Virus record (IMG/VR): IMGVR_UViG_3300020045_005706
Span: 1 to 39,116 of that record
Source of the DNA: a virus
Lineage: Duplodnaviria > Caudoviricetes
Length of the DNA: 39,116 nt
Strand: one strand, 5' to 3'
The first letter of the stretch is position 1. Each line of letters opens with the position of its first letter. The notes below the pieces were generated by a model that made no database searches, was not told the DNA's origin, and saw nothing but the letters and a program-made list of their open reading frames with translations. A program made the position numbers and the translations under genes. This document shows, piece after piece, positions 8,803 to 17,061 of this stretch.

Positions 8803-9056
8803 CACACTGCACAAACCAATCCTGTAACCAACGCGCCCAATGTGACAATAGCGTGGATATGCGAGACGGCGACCGCGTAGTTTTTTTTGTGCGTAAACCG
8901 TTTGAGCCGTGCAAAGGCTTCGTGTGTACAACTCACCGTTTTGTTTATGTGCTTGGCAAAGGTGAGCGAGAATGCCGTGAGTGCGGGCATAGTGAAAATC
9001 ATTACCGTTTTGTATCGTGTGAGTGGGCTGGATATGGGGATATGAGAAATGCTTAA
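8799..9056 (+). CDS. Cys-rich hypothetical protein
   Basis: CxxxxCxxxxxC and CRECG motifs; GTGA overlap with the previous gene. Confidence 0.55.
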   Translation: MTHCTNQSCNQRAQCDNSVDMRDGDRVVFFVRKPFEPCKGFVCTTHRFVYVLGKGERECRECGHSENHYRFVSCEWAGYGDMRNA

Positions 9057-9792
9057 TCAAATAAAAATAGTTGTGCCGATTAGTGGCGGGAAAGACAGCC
9101 AAGCGTGTTTAAAATTGGCTTTACAAACTTATCAACCTGAACAAATTTTAGGCTTGTTTTGTGATACTCAATTCGAGCATCCGTTGACGTATCAGCACAT
9201 AAAAGACATTAGCAAAATGTACGGGGTAAAAATAGAGACGATATGCGCAGGTAGCGTCCCTGAAAAAGTTCGTAAGCACAATATGTTCCCCAATGGCGTA
9301 AGCCGTTTTTGTACCGACCAATTAAAAATACAACCATCAAAAAAGTTTTATGATGAATTGTCGAGAAATCAAGGCGGGTTTCAGGTCTGGTGCGGCATGA
9401 GGGCAGGTGAAAGCAACGACAGGGAAAAACGCTATCTTGATAAAATAAATACCGAGACATACGCCCCTCATGACGTGTTAGCCAGCTATCCGCAATACTT
9501 ACATAAACAGGGCGTTACATTTAGACTGCCTATTTTAGATTGGTCTTTTACTGATGTTGTTTACTTTTTAGGCGATGAAATAAACCCAATTTATAAAGCT
9601 GGAAAAGGAATTGACCGTGTCGGTTGTTTTCCATGCCTTGCCACAGGCGCAAAAAATCAGGCGCGACATTTTAATTTTGATGATTTTGGCAAGGCGCAAC
9701 GCGATATTGTCATGCAGTTAGAAAGCGAAATTACCAATAAAAACAAATGTCAAGATGATATGTTTCGCGGTTGTTCAATTTGTGCCATTTAG
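9049..9792 (+). CDS. PAPS-reductase-family (PP-loop) protein
   Basis: SGGKDS PP-loop, FCDT..EH..TY, RFCT..LK..P, G.RAGES..R, PILDW, RVGCFPC and a C-terminal CSIC. Confidence 0.85.
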   Translation: MLNQIKIVVPISGGKDSQACLKLALQTYQPEQILGLFCDTQFEHPLTYQHIKDISKMYGVKIETICAGSVPEKVRKHNMFPNGVSRFCTDQLKIQPSKKFYDELSRNQGGFQVWCGMRAGESNDREKRYLDKINTETYAPHDVLASYPQYLHKQGVTFRLPILDWSFTDVVYFLGDEINPIYKAGKGIDRVGCFPCLATGAKNQARHFNFDDFGKAQRDIVMQLESEITNKNKCQDDMFRGCSICAI

Positions 9793-9793
9793 C

Positions 9794-9821
9794 TTGACAG
9801 ATATAAATCACCAGCTATAAT
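9794..9821 (+). promoter_or_regulatory. Sigma70 consensus promoter
   Basis: TTGACA (9794-9799), 16 nt, TATAAT (9816-9821); intergenic. Confidence 0.75.
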
Positions 9822-9826
9822 GTCAC

Positions 9827-9912
9827 ACATCAACGGTGATTCTTTGATGCTTTTCTCCTTGTTAGACCCAATTAGCCGCTATCTGACTTTCCTACAGATA
9901 GCGGTTTTTTTT
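9827..9912 (+). ncRNA. Candidate ~85-nt small RNA or attenuated late leader
   Basis: Bounded by the consensus promoter and a strong terminator; 5' hairpin CATCAA/TTGATG and a single-stranded TTTTCTCCTT. The 5' end is estimated. Confidence 0.45.
9876..9912 (+). terminator. Rho-independent terminator
   Basis: 10-bp stem CCGCTATCTG/CAGATAGCGG followed by T8. Confidence 0.85.
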
Positions 9913-9961
9913 GCTTCATGGTTTTACTTGTGATAATCTCACATTTATTTTGGATTTTATT

Positions 9962-10246
9962 ATGTCTGACTTGCAAGAGCGTGTCGCAGTGACAGAAAAC
10001 GATATTGAACACTTGCAGGAAGATGTCAATAACATCGCTGATATAATGCGAGAAGCGACGAAAGCGCATGATGAAAAGCTGGACAAAGTTTTGTTGATTG
10101 TCGGCGAAACCCGCGCTGAATTAAATCGCTACAAGATTATAAGCGGAACAGCCGTTGCTATCCTTGCTGGATTAATGGCGGGGGCTAATTATTTGATGGG
10201 TATTTTTGGGGTATCATTGGCGGATTTATGGCACAAAAAAATATGA
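9962..10246 (+). CDS. Membrane-anchored coiled-coil protein, putative holin or lysis accessory
   Basis: N-terminal heptads (LQERVAVTENDIEHL) and a C-terminal hydrophobic segment, immediately before the endolysin. Start placed at ATG 9962. Confidence 0.6.
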   Translation: MSDLQERVAVTENDIEHLQEDVNNIADIMREATKAHDEKLDKVLLIVGETRAELNRYKIISGTAVAILAGLMAGANYLMGIFGVSLADLWHKKI

Positions 10247-10845
10247 GTAGTAATCCACTAGCCGACAAACTAAAAGGACACGTGCCTGATTTTGTCCGCG
10301 CTCAATTAACTCAGGCAAAGTTCGACGACTTAACGCCATTACGTTTGGCTCACTTTTTAGCCCAGTGCGATCATGAGTCAGGCGGTTTTAAGCACACAGT
10401 GGAAAATACCAACTACAATGCAAAGGGGCTATTAGCAACATTCGGCAAACGCTTTGATGGTGTTGCTGACCAATACGCGCGTAATCCTGAGGCAATCGCT
10501 AACCGCGCCTATGCCAACAGGCTGGGCAATGGTGACGAAGCAAGCGGGGACGGAAACGCATATCGTGGACGCGGTTACATACAGCTTACAGGTCGTGATA
10601 ATTATGATAGATGCGGCATGTGCTTAGGGATTGATTTTATCAAAGAGCCTGACTTGGTAGCTAAGGCTTACCCTCTAGCCACCGCGTTGTGGTTTTTTAA
10701 ATCAAACAAAATCTGGGATTTATGCGACAAGGGAGCAACCGAGCAAGCAGTTAAGGAAGTTACGCGCCGCGTGAATGGTGAGCGGTGCTTAGGATTGGAC
10801 GAGCGTATTAAATTGTTTAACAAGTATTGGGGATTACTGAAATGA
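10228..10845 (+). CDS. Endolysin, glycoside hydrolase family 19
   Basis: AHFLAQCDHESGGF, YRGRGYIQLTGRDNY and VTRRVNG motifs; the start may be ATG 10243. Confidence 0.92.
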   Translation: MAQKNMSSNPLADKLKGHVPDFVRAQLTQAKFDDLTPLRLAHFLAQCDHESGGFKHTVENTNYNAKGLLATFGKRFDGVADQYARNPEAIANRAYANRLGNGDEASGDGNAYRGRGYIQLTGRDNYDRCGMCLGIDFIKEPDLVAKAYPLATALWFFKSNKIWDLCDKGATEQAVKEVTRRVNGERCLGLDERIKLFNKYWGLLK

Positions 10846-11006
10846 ACTGGATTAAAGAGCGGCTAGAAGAAGCGTCAACTTGGCGTGGCATCGTGATGCT
10901 TAGCGCGTCACTACTTGGCTACACAACATCCCCCGATGTTACCGAAGCAATTGTATTAATTGCAATGTCACTGTCAGGCGGCGTTGGGATTGTTAGCCGT
11001 GGATAA
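10842..11006 (+). CDS. Putative holin (54 aa, two TM segments)
   Basis: MNWIKERLEEASTWRGIVMLSASLLG...AIVLIAMSLSGGVGIVSRG; ATGA overlap with the endolysin. Below the track cutoff. Confidence 0.7.
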   Translation: MNWIKERLEEASTWRGIVMLSASLLGYTTSPDVTEAIVLIAMSLSGGVGIVSRG

Positions 11007-11232
11007 AGATGACGTGTTACTGACAGTGTTACTGGTTGTCGTGCTGGTCACTTGCTACGCTGGGCGTTATTGGAGTTTATTTTGATACCACCGATTAATC
11101 TTTATTGCCTACCAAGCCAAGACTGGTTTGATAAATTGTGGGCAAGACCGCACAGTAGAGAGACTGCTAATCGCGCCAGTGTTGCGCGAGTTGCCAATAA
11201 AAAACCAGTTGATTTTATGAGGAGAAGATAAA

Positions 11233-11640
11233 ATGGCTTTAACGGCAAAACAGGAAGATTTTGCGCAGAATATAGTCGATGGCTGTACGCAAAAAGAAGC
11301 GTACATAAGGGCTTATGATGTAAAGGAAGACGCAACGGACAGTACGACAAGCGGCGAAGCATACAAGCTAATAAACAACCCGCACATAGCCCGCAGAATA
11401 CAACAACTGCGTGACCAGCTTGCAGAACGTCTATTATTTCCACGCATTGAGCGACTAAAGGTCTTAAAAGGCATTGCCCAAGCGAGTGAGCGAGACGGCG
11501 ATAGAATCAACGCCATTAAAGTGTTTAGCGATATGCTTGGCGATAACGCACCGCAAAAAGTAGCGATTGAACACAGCGGCGAAACCACGCAGAAAACTAT
11601 CAATATTGTGCGAGCCGAAGACATAGAGCAAGATGATTGA
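11233..11640 (+). CDS. terS: Terminase small subunit
   Basis: LTAKQEDFAQ...AYIRAY...AYKLINNPHI HTH pattern; directly upstream of TerL; GAGGAG RBS. Confidence 0.85.
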   Translation: MALTAKQEDFAQNIVDGCTQKEAYIRAYDVKEDATDSTTSGEAYKLINNPHIARRIQQLRDQLAERLLFPRIERLKVLKGIAQASERDGDRINAIKVFSDMLGDNAPQKVAIEHSGETTQKTINIVRAEDIEQDD

Positions 11641-12895
11641 CATTGCGCTAACTAAACCACAACGCCAGTTCTGTTTTAGTACAGCGCAACACCCAGCGAT
11701 TGTAGGCGGTTTGGGAAGTGGCAAAAGCGCAGCGGGAACAATGCGTTTAATCCTGTTGTTACTTGGCGATAAAGGCGCAGACGGGGCATATTATATGCCT
11801 ACCTACGACCTTATCAAGTTACGCGCAATGGTAGGCGTTGAGGAAGACTTAGAGCGCATCGGCATTGAATACACAACGAACCGAAGCGATTACAGCATTC
11901 AGCTTGGCGATGGTTACGGAAAGATTATCTTTCGCAGTTATGACAGACCAGAGCGGATTATCGCGTATGAGGTGGCTCATTCGATATGTGACGAACTGGA
12001 TACACTGAACAAAGAGAAAGCATCTTTAGTGTGGCGCAAAATATCAGAGCGCAACAGACAGAAGCGAGACGCACAGAACACAATAGGCTTAGTCACGACA
12101 CCAGATCAGGGCATCAATGGCTTTGTGTATGACAAGTGGGTTAAGCGCAAGCAAGACGGCTATGTATTGTACAAGGCAAGCACTTACAGCAATCCTTTTT
12201 TACCCAAAGGTTATGCCGACCAAATTTTAGCAAACTATGACAGCACACTAGCCGAACTGTATTTAAATGGCGAGTTTGTCAGTCTGTCACAAAACAAGAT
12301 TTACCACTTCTACACCCGCGACAGACACAAAAGCACCCGCACAATTCAGCCGCAAGACCATTTACATATTGGGCTTGATTTTAACGTAGGCGGAACGTGT
12401 GCGACAGTCTTTGTCATCGACGGCGATAATGTGACAGCGGTTGATGAGTTTGTCAGTCATGACACCACAGACTTTATCAACAACTTAACACGCTACAGCA
12501 CGCTAGACATCACAATCTACCCAGACGCAAGTGGCAATAGCAATCGAACCAACGCAAGCGAGTCAGATATTGCAATGATCCGCCGCGCAGGTTGGACAGT
12601 GAAACATAAGAACATAAACCCAGCAGTTAGAGACCGCATTAACTGTGTCAATGGCTTACTGTCACATGACCGCTTAAAAGTTAATGCTGATAAATGCCCA
12701 GAGTTAGCAACTGCGTTAGAGTCGCAAGGCTATAACGACAAAGGCGAACCCGAAAAATACACCACTCACCCAGCGATTGACGACTGGAACGATTGCGCAG
12801 GATATTTCATTGCGTATCAATTCCCGATTAGAATCGAACGCCCAGAGCCGATAAAAATACCACACAGGAGTCACGCACAGTCATGGCAAAGTTAA
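11633..12895 (+). CDS. terL: Terminase large subunit
   Basis: GGLGSGKS Walker A, ICDE Walker B, TTP coupling motif, GLDFN nuclease motif, YPDASG and DDWNDC. Confidence 0.92.
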   Translation: MIDIALTKPQRQFCFSTAQHPAIVGGLGSGKSAAGTMRLILLLLGDKGADGAYYMPTYDLIKLRAMVGVEEDLERIGIEYTTNRSDYSIQLGDGYGKIIFRSYDRPERIIAYEVAHSICDELDTLNKEKASLVWRKISERNRQKRDAQNTIGLVTTPDQGINGFVYDKWVKRKQDGYVLYKASTYSNPFLPKGYADQILANYDSTLAELYLNGEFVSLSQNKIYHFYTRDRHKSTRTIQPQDHLHIGLDFNVGGTCATVFVIDGDNVTAVDEFVSHDTTDFINNLTRYSTLDITIYPDASGNSNRTNASESDIAMIRRAGWTVKHKNINPAVRDRINCVNGLLSHDRLKVNADKCPELATALESQGYNDKGEPEKYTTHPAIDDWNDCAGYFIAYQFPIRIERPEPIKIPHRSHAQSWQS

Positions 12896-14991
12896 AAGAC
12901 ACAGAAAAAGACACCGACGAAAAGTTGATAGCCCGCGCAAAAGAACGGTTTACCGCTTCAATGAGCGAAGAAGCATTACAACGCGATGAAATGTCACGAG
13001 ACCTTAAATTCGTTCGCCTTGGTGGTGTTCATCAATGGGACGATGCAGCGGTATCAAGTAGGCAAATGGTTGGACAGGAACGCCCGATATTAACCATCAA
13101 TCGCATTGCAGCGTTTAATAATCAGGTCATTAACGAAATCAGGCAGAACCGCCCAGCTATCAAGATTAGACCATGCGACGACCATGCGGACGCTGAGACA
13201 GCCGAGATATTACAAGGCATCATTCGCAACATCGAAAGCCAAAGTAACGCGGGTATCGCTTACGAAACCGCAGCGGCTAACATGGTGGACGCTGGTTTGG
13301 GTTACTTTCGGATTATTCCTCAGTACATTACAAATGATGCTTGGGAGCAAGAGCTAGTCATTAAGCGTGTGCCTGACATCATGAAAGTGGTTTACGACAC
13401 CAACAGCGAAGAACCAGACGGAAGCGACTCATGCTGGGCGGGTATTATGGAAGAAGTCGAAAAGGATTATTTTGATGAACAATACCCCGAAGAATCGGCG
13501 GGTTGGGACGCGGCAGGTGCTTTGGATAGCGACTGGACAAATAAAAAGGTTGTGCGGGTCTTTGAATACTTTGAAAAGAAAGAAAAGCCCGAAAAAATAC
13601 ACGTTTTAACTGATGGGCGCGTTGTTTGGGATAGTGAGCTAGTAGAAACCGACCAAGTAAAAGACAGCCGCAAATCAAGCAGAACTACTGTGATGTGGTA
13701 CAAAATAGGCGCGGATTCTATCCTTGAAAGCACCGAACTACCGATAACATCAATTCCTATCATCCCTTGCATTGGGAATGAAGTTTGGGCAGACGGCAAG
13801 CGAACAATTTACGGACTGACACGACACGGTAAAAGCCCTCAACAACTGTACAACTATCAGTCGAGCTGTGAAGCTGAATATCTGGCGTTGTCGCCTTTGT
13901 CGCCGTGGATTGCGTCAGCAGAATCTATACAAGGCTATGAAAAGGAATGGAGTGCGGCAAATAGAACCCCGACTTCCGTACTGCCTTTTAATGCGTATGA
14001 CCAGCAAGGGCAAGCACTACCCCAGCCAAAGCGACAAGACCCAGCGCAAGTACCAACAGGCATAGTCAATGCTAAACAGGCGGCGATTGATGATATTAAG
14101 TCGTCACTGGGCATTTATGACGCGTCACTGGGCAACAACCCGAACGACCAGAGCGGCAAAGCGGTACTGTCATTGCAACGGCAAGCAAGCCAAGGCACGT
14201 TCCATTATTCCGCAAATATGGCGCGGTCAATCAGACAAGCTGGACGTATTCTTGTTGAGTGGATACCAAAAGTCTACGACACCGAGCGCATCATGCGCAT
14301 CATCGGTGAGGACGACGAAATAGACCACGTTAAAATTAACCCAGAAATACAAGGCGCAAAGCAGGAGATTGAAGATGAACGCGGCGAAATACAGAAAATA
14401 TACAATCTTTCAGTTGGGCGTTACGATGTTTATGCAGATGTGGGAGCAAGTTACGCAACTAAACGGCAAGAATCAGCCGAAAGCATGATGCAATTGGTAC
14501 AATCATATCCAGATATTATGCCGATTGCTGGCGACTTGATTGTTAAAAACTTGGATTGGGCAGGTAGTGACGCAATAGCCGAGCGCATGAAGAAAATGTT
14601 ACCCGCACCATTGCAGGAACAGGAACAAAAGCAAGACCCGCAAATGGAACAAGCCACCCAGCAAATGGAGGAAATGGCACAACAAATGGAAGAAATGAGT
14701 AAGCACATTGCACAGCTTGAAGATGAACATGAGCTTAAAATGTTGGACTTGTCTATTAAACAGTATGACGCGGAGACAAAACGTATAAAAACCATTGCTG
14801 ATATTGAAGCTGGAACTCAAGCAGGAATTGAGCCTACCACGCTTGAAATCGAGCGACACGCCAGCGATATGGCAGACGCGGAACACGCGCGGCAGTTGGC
14901 AATCATCGAAGCGCAACATAGAATGAGCATGGATTTAAACCCACAAGAACCACAGAACATTGAGCAAGCAGAACTTACACCAACACCCTGA
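12883..14991 (+). CDS. Portal protein, P22-like
   Basis: 702 aa after TerL; RPILTINRI, GLGYFRI, QQLYNY, SGKAV, ATKRQE motifs and a C-terminal helical barrel region. Confidence 0.9.
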   Translation: MAKLKDTEKDTDEKLIARAKERFTASMSEEALQRDEMSRDLKFVRLGGVHQWDDAAVSSRQMVGQERPILTINRIAAFNNQVINEIRQNRPAIKIRPCDDHADAETAEILQGIIRNIESQSNAGIAYETAAANMVDAGLGYFRIIPQYITNDAWEQELVIKRVPDIMKVVYDTNSEEPDGSDSCWAGIMEEVEKDYFDEQYPEESAGWDAAGALDSDWTNKKVVRVFEYFEKKEKPEKIHVLTDGRVVWDSELVETDQVKDSRKSSRTTVMWYKIGADSILESTELPITSIPIIPCIGNEVWADGKRTIYGLTRHGKSPQQLYNYQSSCEAEYLALSPLSPWIASAESIQGYEKEWSAANRTPTSVLPFNAYDQQGQALPQPKRQDPAQVPTGIVNAKQAAIDDIKSSLGIYDASLGNNPNDQSGKAVLSLQRQASQGTFHYSANMARSIRQAGRILVEWIPKVYDTERIMRIIGEDDEIDHVKINPEIQGAKQEIEDERGEIQKIYNLSVGRYDVYADVGASYATKRQESAESMMQLVQSYPDIMPIAGDLIVKNLDWAGSDAIAERMKKMLPAPLQEQEQKQDPQMEQATQQMEEMAQQMEEMSKHIAQLEDEHELKMLDLSIKQYDAETKRIKTIADIEAGTQAGIEPTTLEIERHASDMADAEHARQLAIIEAQHRMSMDLNPQEPQNIEQAELTPTP

Positions 14992-15067
14992 TTATATTGA
15001 AGCGGTAAAACACTCATTTTTTTTAGGTGTTATTGATGAAAAACAACGTGAAGTTATTGAAAAAGAG

Positions 15068-15162
15068 TATAATTTAACTGTCGGTTGCAACGACGTAACA
15101 ATTTTATAAAAGCCCGTTTATTGTCTAGTATTGCAACTTCTAGATGGTTTCGGGCTTTTTTA
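15068..15162 (+). promoter_or_regulatory. Structured leader: -10 box, small hairpin and terminator-like hairpin with complementary loops
   Basis: TATAAT 15068-15073; GTCG-[GTTGCAA]-CGAC; AAAAGCCCG...TCTAG-[..TTGCAAC..]-CTAGA...CGGGCTTTTTT. Confidence 0.6.
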
Positions 15163-15175
15163 TTGGGGAATGATG

Positions 15176-15355
15176 ATGAAAACAGAATTACACAAATTTT
15201 GCGAAGATAAAGAATTTATGGCAAAAATGGACGCTTTACCGTTAGAACCTTGTGGAGAGCAGGAATTGACACCAGAACAGCTTGAAATGTGGCAACGTGG
15301 GCAAGATGCTTATAATAACGCGTGGAAAGACAAAGAATTTAAGGTAATACCATGA
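15176..15355 (+). CDS. Small acidic hypothetical protein (moron-like)
   Basis: GGGGA RBS at 15165-15169 before tandem ATGs; the track's TTG start at 15131 lies inside the RNA hairpin. Confidence 0.65.
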   Translation: MKTELHKFCEDKEFMAKMDALPLEPCGEQELTPEQLEMWQRGQDAYNNAWKDKEFKVIP

Positions 15356-15524
15356 AAACACTAATTATCATCGTCTTGCTATTTCCATGCACAGCCAACG
15401 CGCTATATTTAATGATATTGATTCATTTATGCCACTAACACCAGCAAAAATATCAGAAGCATTGCGACCAGCAATTAATGCTAAAAATCCAATTAGTCAC
15501 GACAACACAAAGGCGATAACATGA
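15352..15524 (+). pseudogene. Probable frameshifted small exported protein
   Basis: MKTLIIIVLLFPCTANA is signal-peptide-like; the -1 frame from about 15402 runs to a TGA overlapping the next ATG. Confidence 0.35.
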
Positions 15525-15718
15525 CGGATACAATACACACACCACCATCACACATTGTATTAACTCTGTTTGATGACAGACCAATAATTTGTCCTATTAA
15601 TTCGTGTATTTTTAAGAAGTCAACACTAAAAGGAAGTTATGTTTTATTTCAAGACAAAGAAATATCAGTAAAAGAAACTATTAATGAAATAATAGCAATG
15701 CTTAACAAGCTGCATTAG
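15521..15718 (+). CDS. Small hypothetical protein
   Basis: ATG ORF with a C-terminal VKET..EI motif; AT-rich. Confidence 0.6.
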   Translation: MTDTIHTPPSHIVLTLFDDRPIICPINSCIFKKSTLKGSYVLFQDKEISVKETINEIIAMLNKLH

Positions 15719-15770
15719 CAAAAGCGGATTATGAACGCTTTTAAAGTAAACCAGTAATGTAGGAAACAAA

Positions 15771-16604
15771 ATGACCGAAGAAACAGCAGAATACACACCA
15801 CCAGAACGCTACACCATTTTAAGCAACGAGCCAGAGCTACCAGCGGCAGTCACTGATGAAGTGGCGACACCAGAACCAGAAGCAGTTGAAACCGAAACCG
15901 AAACCGAAACCGAAACCGAACAAACGCCCGAAGCCAAAAAGAAAGATGCGCAGTCGAGAATCCGCCAGTTAGCAAACGAAAACCGCGAGCTTAAGGAATG
16001 GAAAGCGGCTCAGGAAGCGGAAAAAGCACAACCTGTTATTGCACCAGCAGACAAACCGAACCCAGCCGACTTTGTAGGCGGCAAGTTTAACGATGATTAT
16101 CAAGATGCGCTTGAAGCATGGAATGATGCCAGAGTCAGCGACAGAATAGCGCAAGCGTTAGCCGAACGGGAAACGAAGCAAGCAGTACAAACACAGGTAC
16201 AGACAATAAAAGCGAGAGAAAACGCCTTTAGAGAAACCCATACTGATTATGATGACGTTTTCCGTGCAGTTGATGATTCTGGTATTATTGACGACCAGTT
16301 AGTATTGAACGCCATTATTGAACTTGAAAATAGTCCTGAAATTATTTACCAGATTGGCAACGATGAAGACTTGCTTTATCAATTGGCAGTAATGACACCA
16401 GCGCAACGCCTAATGAAAATAGGCGCGTTATCAGCACGGGCAAGCGGTACAACTGCACCACCAGCGGCAAGAATTAGCCAAGCAGCAAAACCTATTACGC
16501 CCGTATCGGGTGGTAAAGCGGTATTGACAGGTGCGGCGGCAATTGAAGCGGCAGAAAAGGCGATGGATTATGATGCTTGGAAAGCGGCAAAGGCGGCGAA
16601 ATGA
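15771..16604 (+). CDS. Scaffolding protein
   Basis: Acidic and helical, between portal and coat; RIRQL, KPNPADF...YQDAL..W and KPITPV motifs; AGGA RBS. Confidence 0.8.
   Translation: MTEETAEYTPPERYTILSNEPELPAAVTDEVATPEPEAVETETETETETEQTPEAKKKDAQSRIRQLANENRELKEWKAAQEAEKAQPVIAPADKPNPADFVGGKFNDDYQDALEAWNDARVSDRIAQALAERETKQAVQTQVQTIKARENAFRETHTDYDDVFRAVDDSGIIDDQLVLNAIIELENSPEIIYQIGNDEDLLYQLAVMTPAQRLMKIGALSARASGTTAPPAARISQAAKPITPVSGGKAVLTGAAAIEAAEKAMDYDAWKAAKAAK
15888..15920 (+). repeat. In-frame tandem repeat (GAAACC)5 encoding ETETETETETE
   Basis: Read directly from the sequence. Confidence 0.9.
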
Positions 16605-17005
16605 AAAAAACATTAAACTACATCACAGCAAGTCAGTTAGCTAATAATTGTTTTGAAATGTTTCAGAAATTATTAACAATTGATGTTGAGCCAGAAGACG
16701 ATAATGAGCCATTAATTATTAAGCAATCTCATTCTGGATTTAATTATCCTAATCTATGCCATGCAGATTTAACTTTTAAAGACTTTCACGATAAATTTAT
16801 TGTTAAAGCGGTTAATAACTTGATTGATGAGATAAACAGTCAGCATCAACAGATAAAACAATCGACTGGTAAAGATGTTTCATTATTTTTTAGAGATTTA
16901 AAGCTACCCAATGGCTTTAATGGCGCGGATATAGTAAAGCATGACGGTATATCATTACGCATTATTACCGAATACGATGCCAAGTTAGACGAAATGATAG
17001 TGTGA
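16601..17005 (+). CDS. Truncated, internally deleted paralog of the major capsid protein (134 aa; 150 aa if the UGA is read through to 17053)
   Basis: Three colinear blocks match the coat at 17290-18546, e.g. DLKLPNGFNGA..GISLRIITEYD vs DLPLPKGVNEA..GLSLRMISQYD. ATGA-coupled to the scaffold. Confidence 0.7.
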   Translation: MKKTLNYITASQLANNCFEMFQKLLTIDVEPEDDNEPLIIKQSHSGFNYPNLCHADLTFKDFHDKFIVKAVNNLIDEINSQHQQIKQSTGKDVSLFFRDLKLPNGFNGADIVKHDGISLRIITEYDAKLDEMIV

Positions 17006-17032
17006 CTTGATGCTCTTTATGGGTTTTACCTA

Positions 17033-17061
17033 TTGACAAAAGCTAATAAATAAAGTAGTTT
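17033..17061 (+). promoter_or_regulatory. Putative sigma70 promoter upstream of the coat leader
   Basis: TTGACA (17033-17038), 17 nt, TAGTTT (17056-17061). Confidence 0.5.

Noticed and set aside
15888-15920. (GAAACC)5 as a phase-variation switch
   Set aside because: The unit length is a multiple of three and lies in a disordered scaffold region, so slippage would only change linker length.
17003-17005. Genome-wide stop-codon reassignment
   Set aside because: TGA and TAG end many genes correctly (ATGA overlaps, portal TGA, coat TAG), and core genes are intact under code 11.
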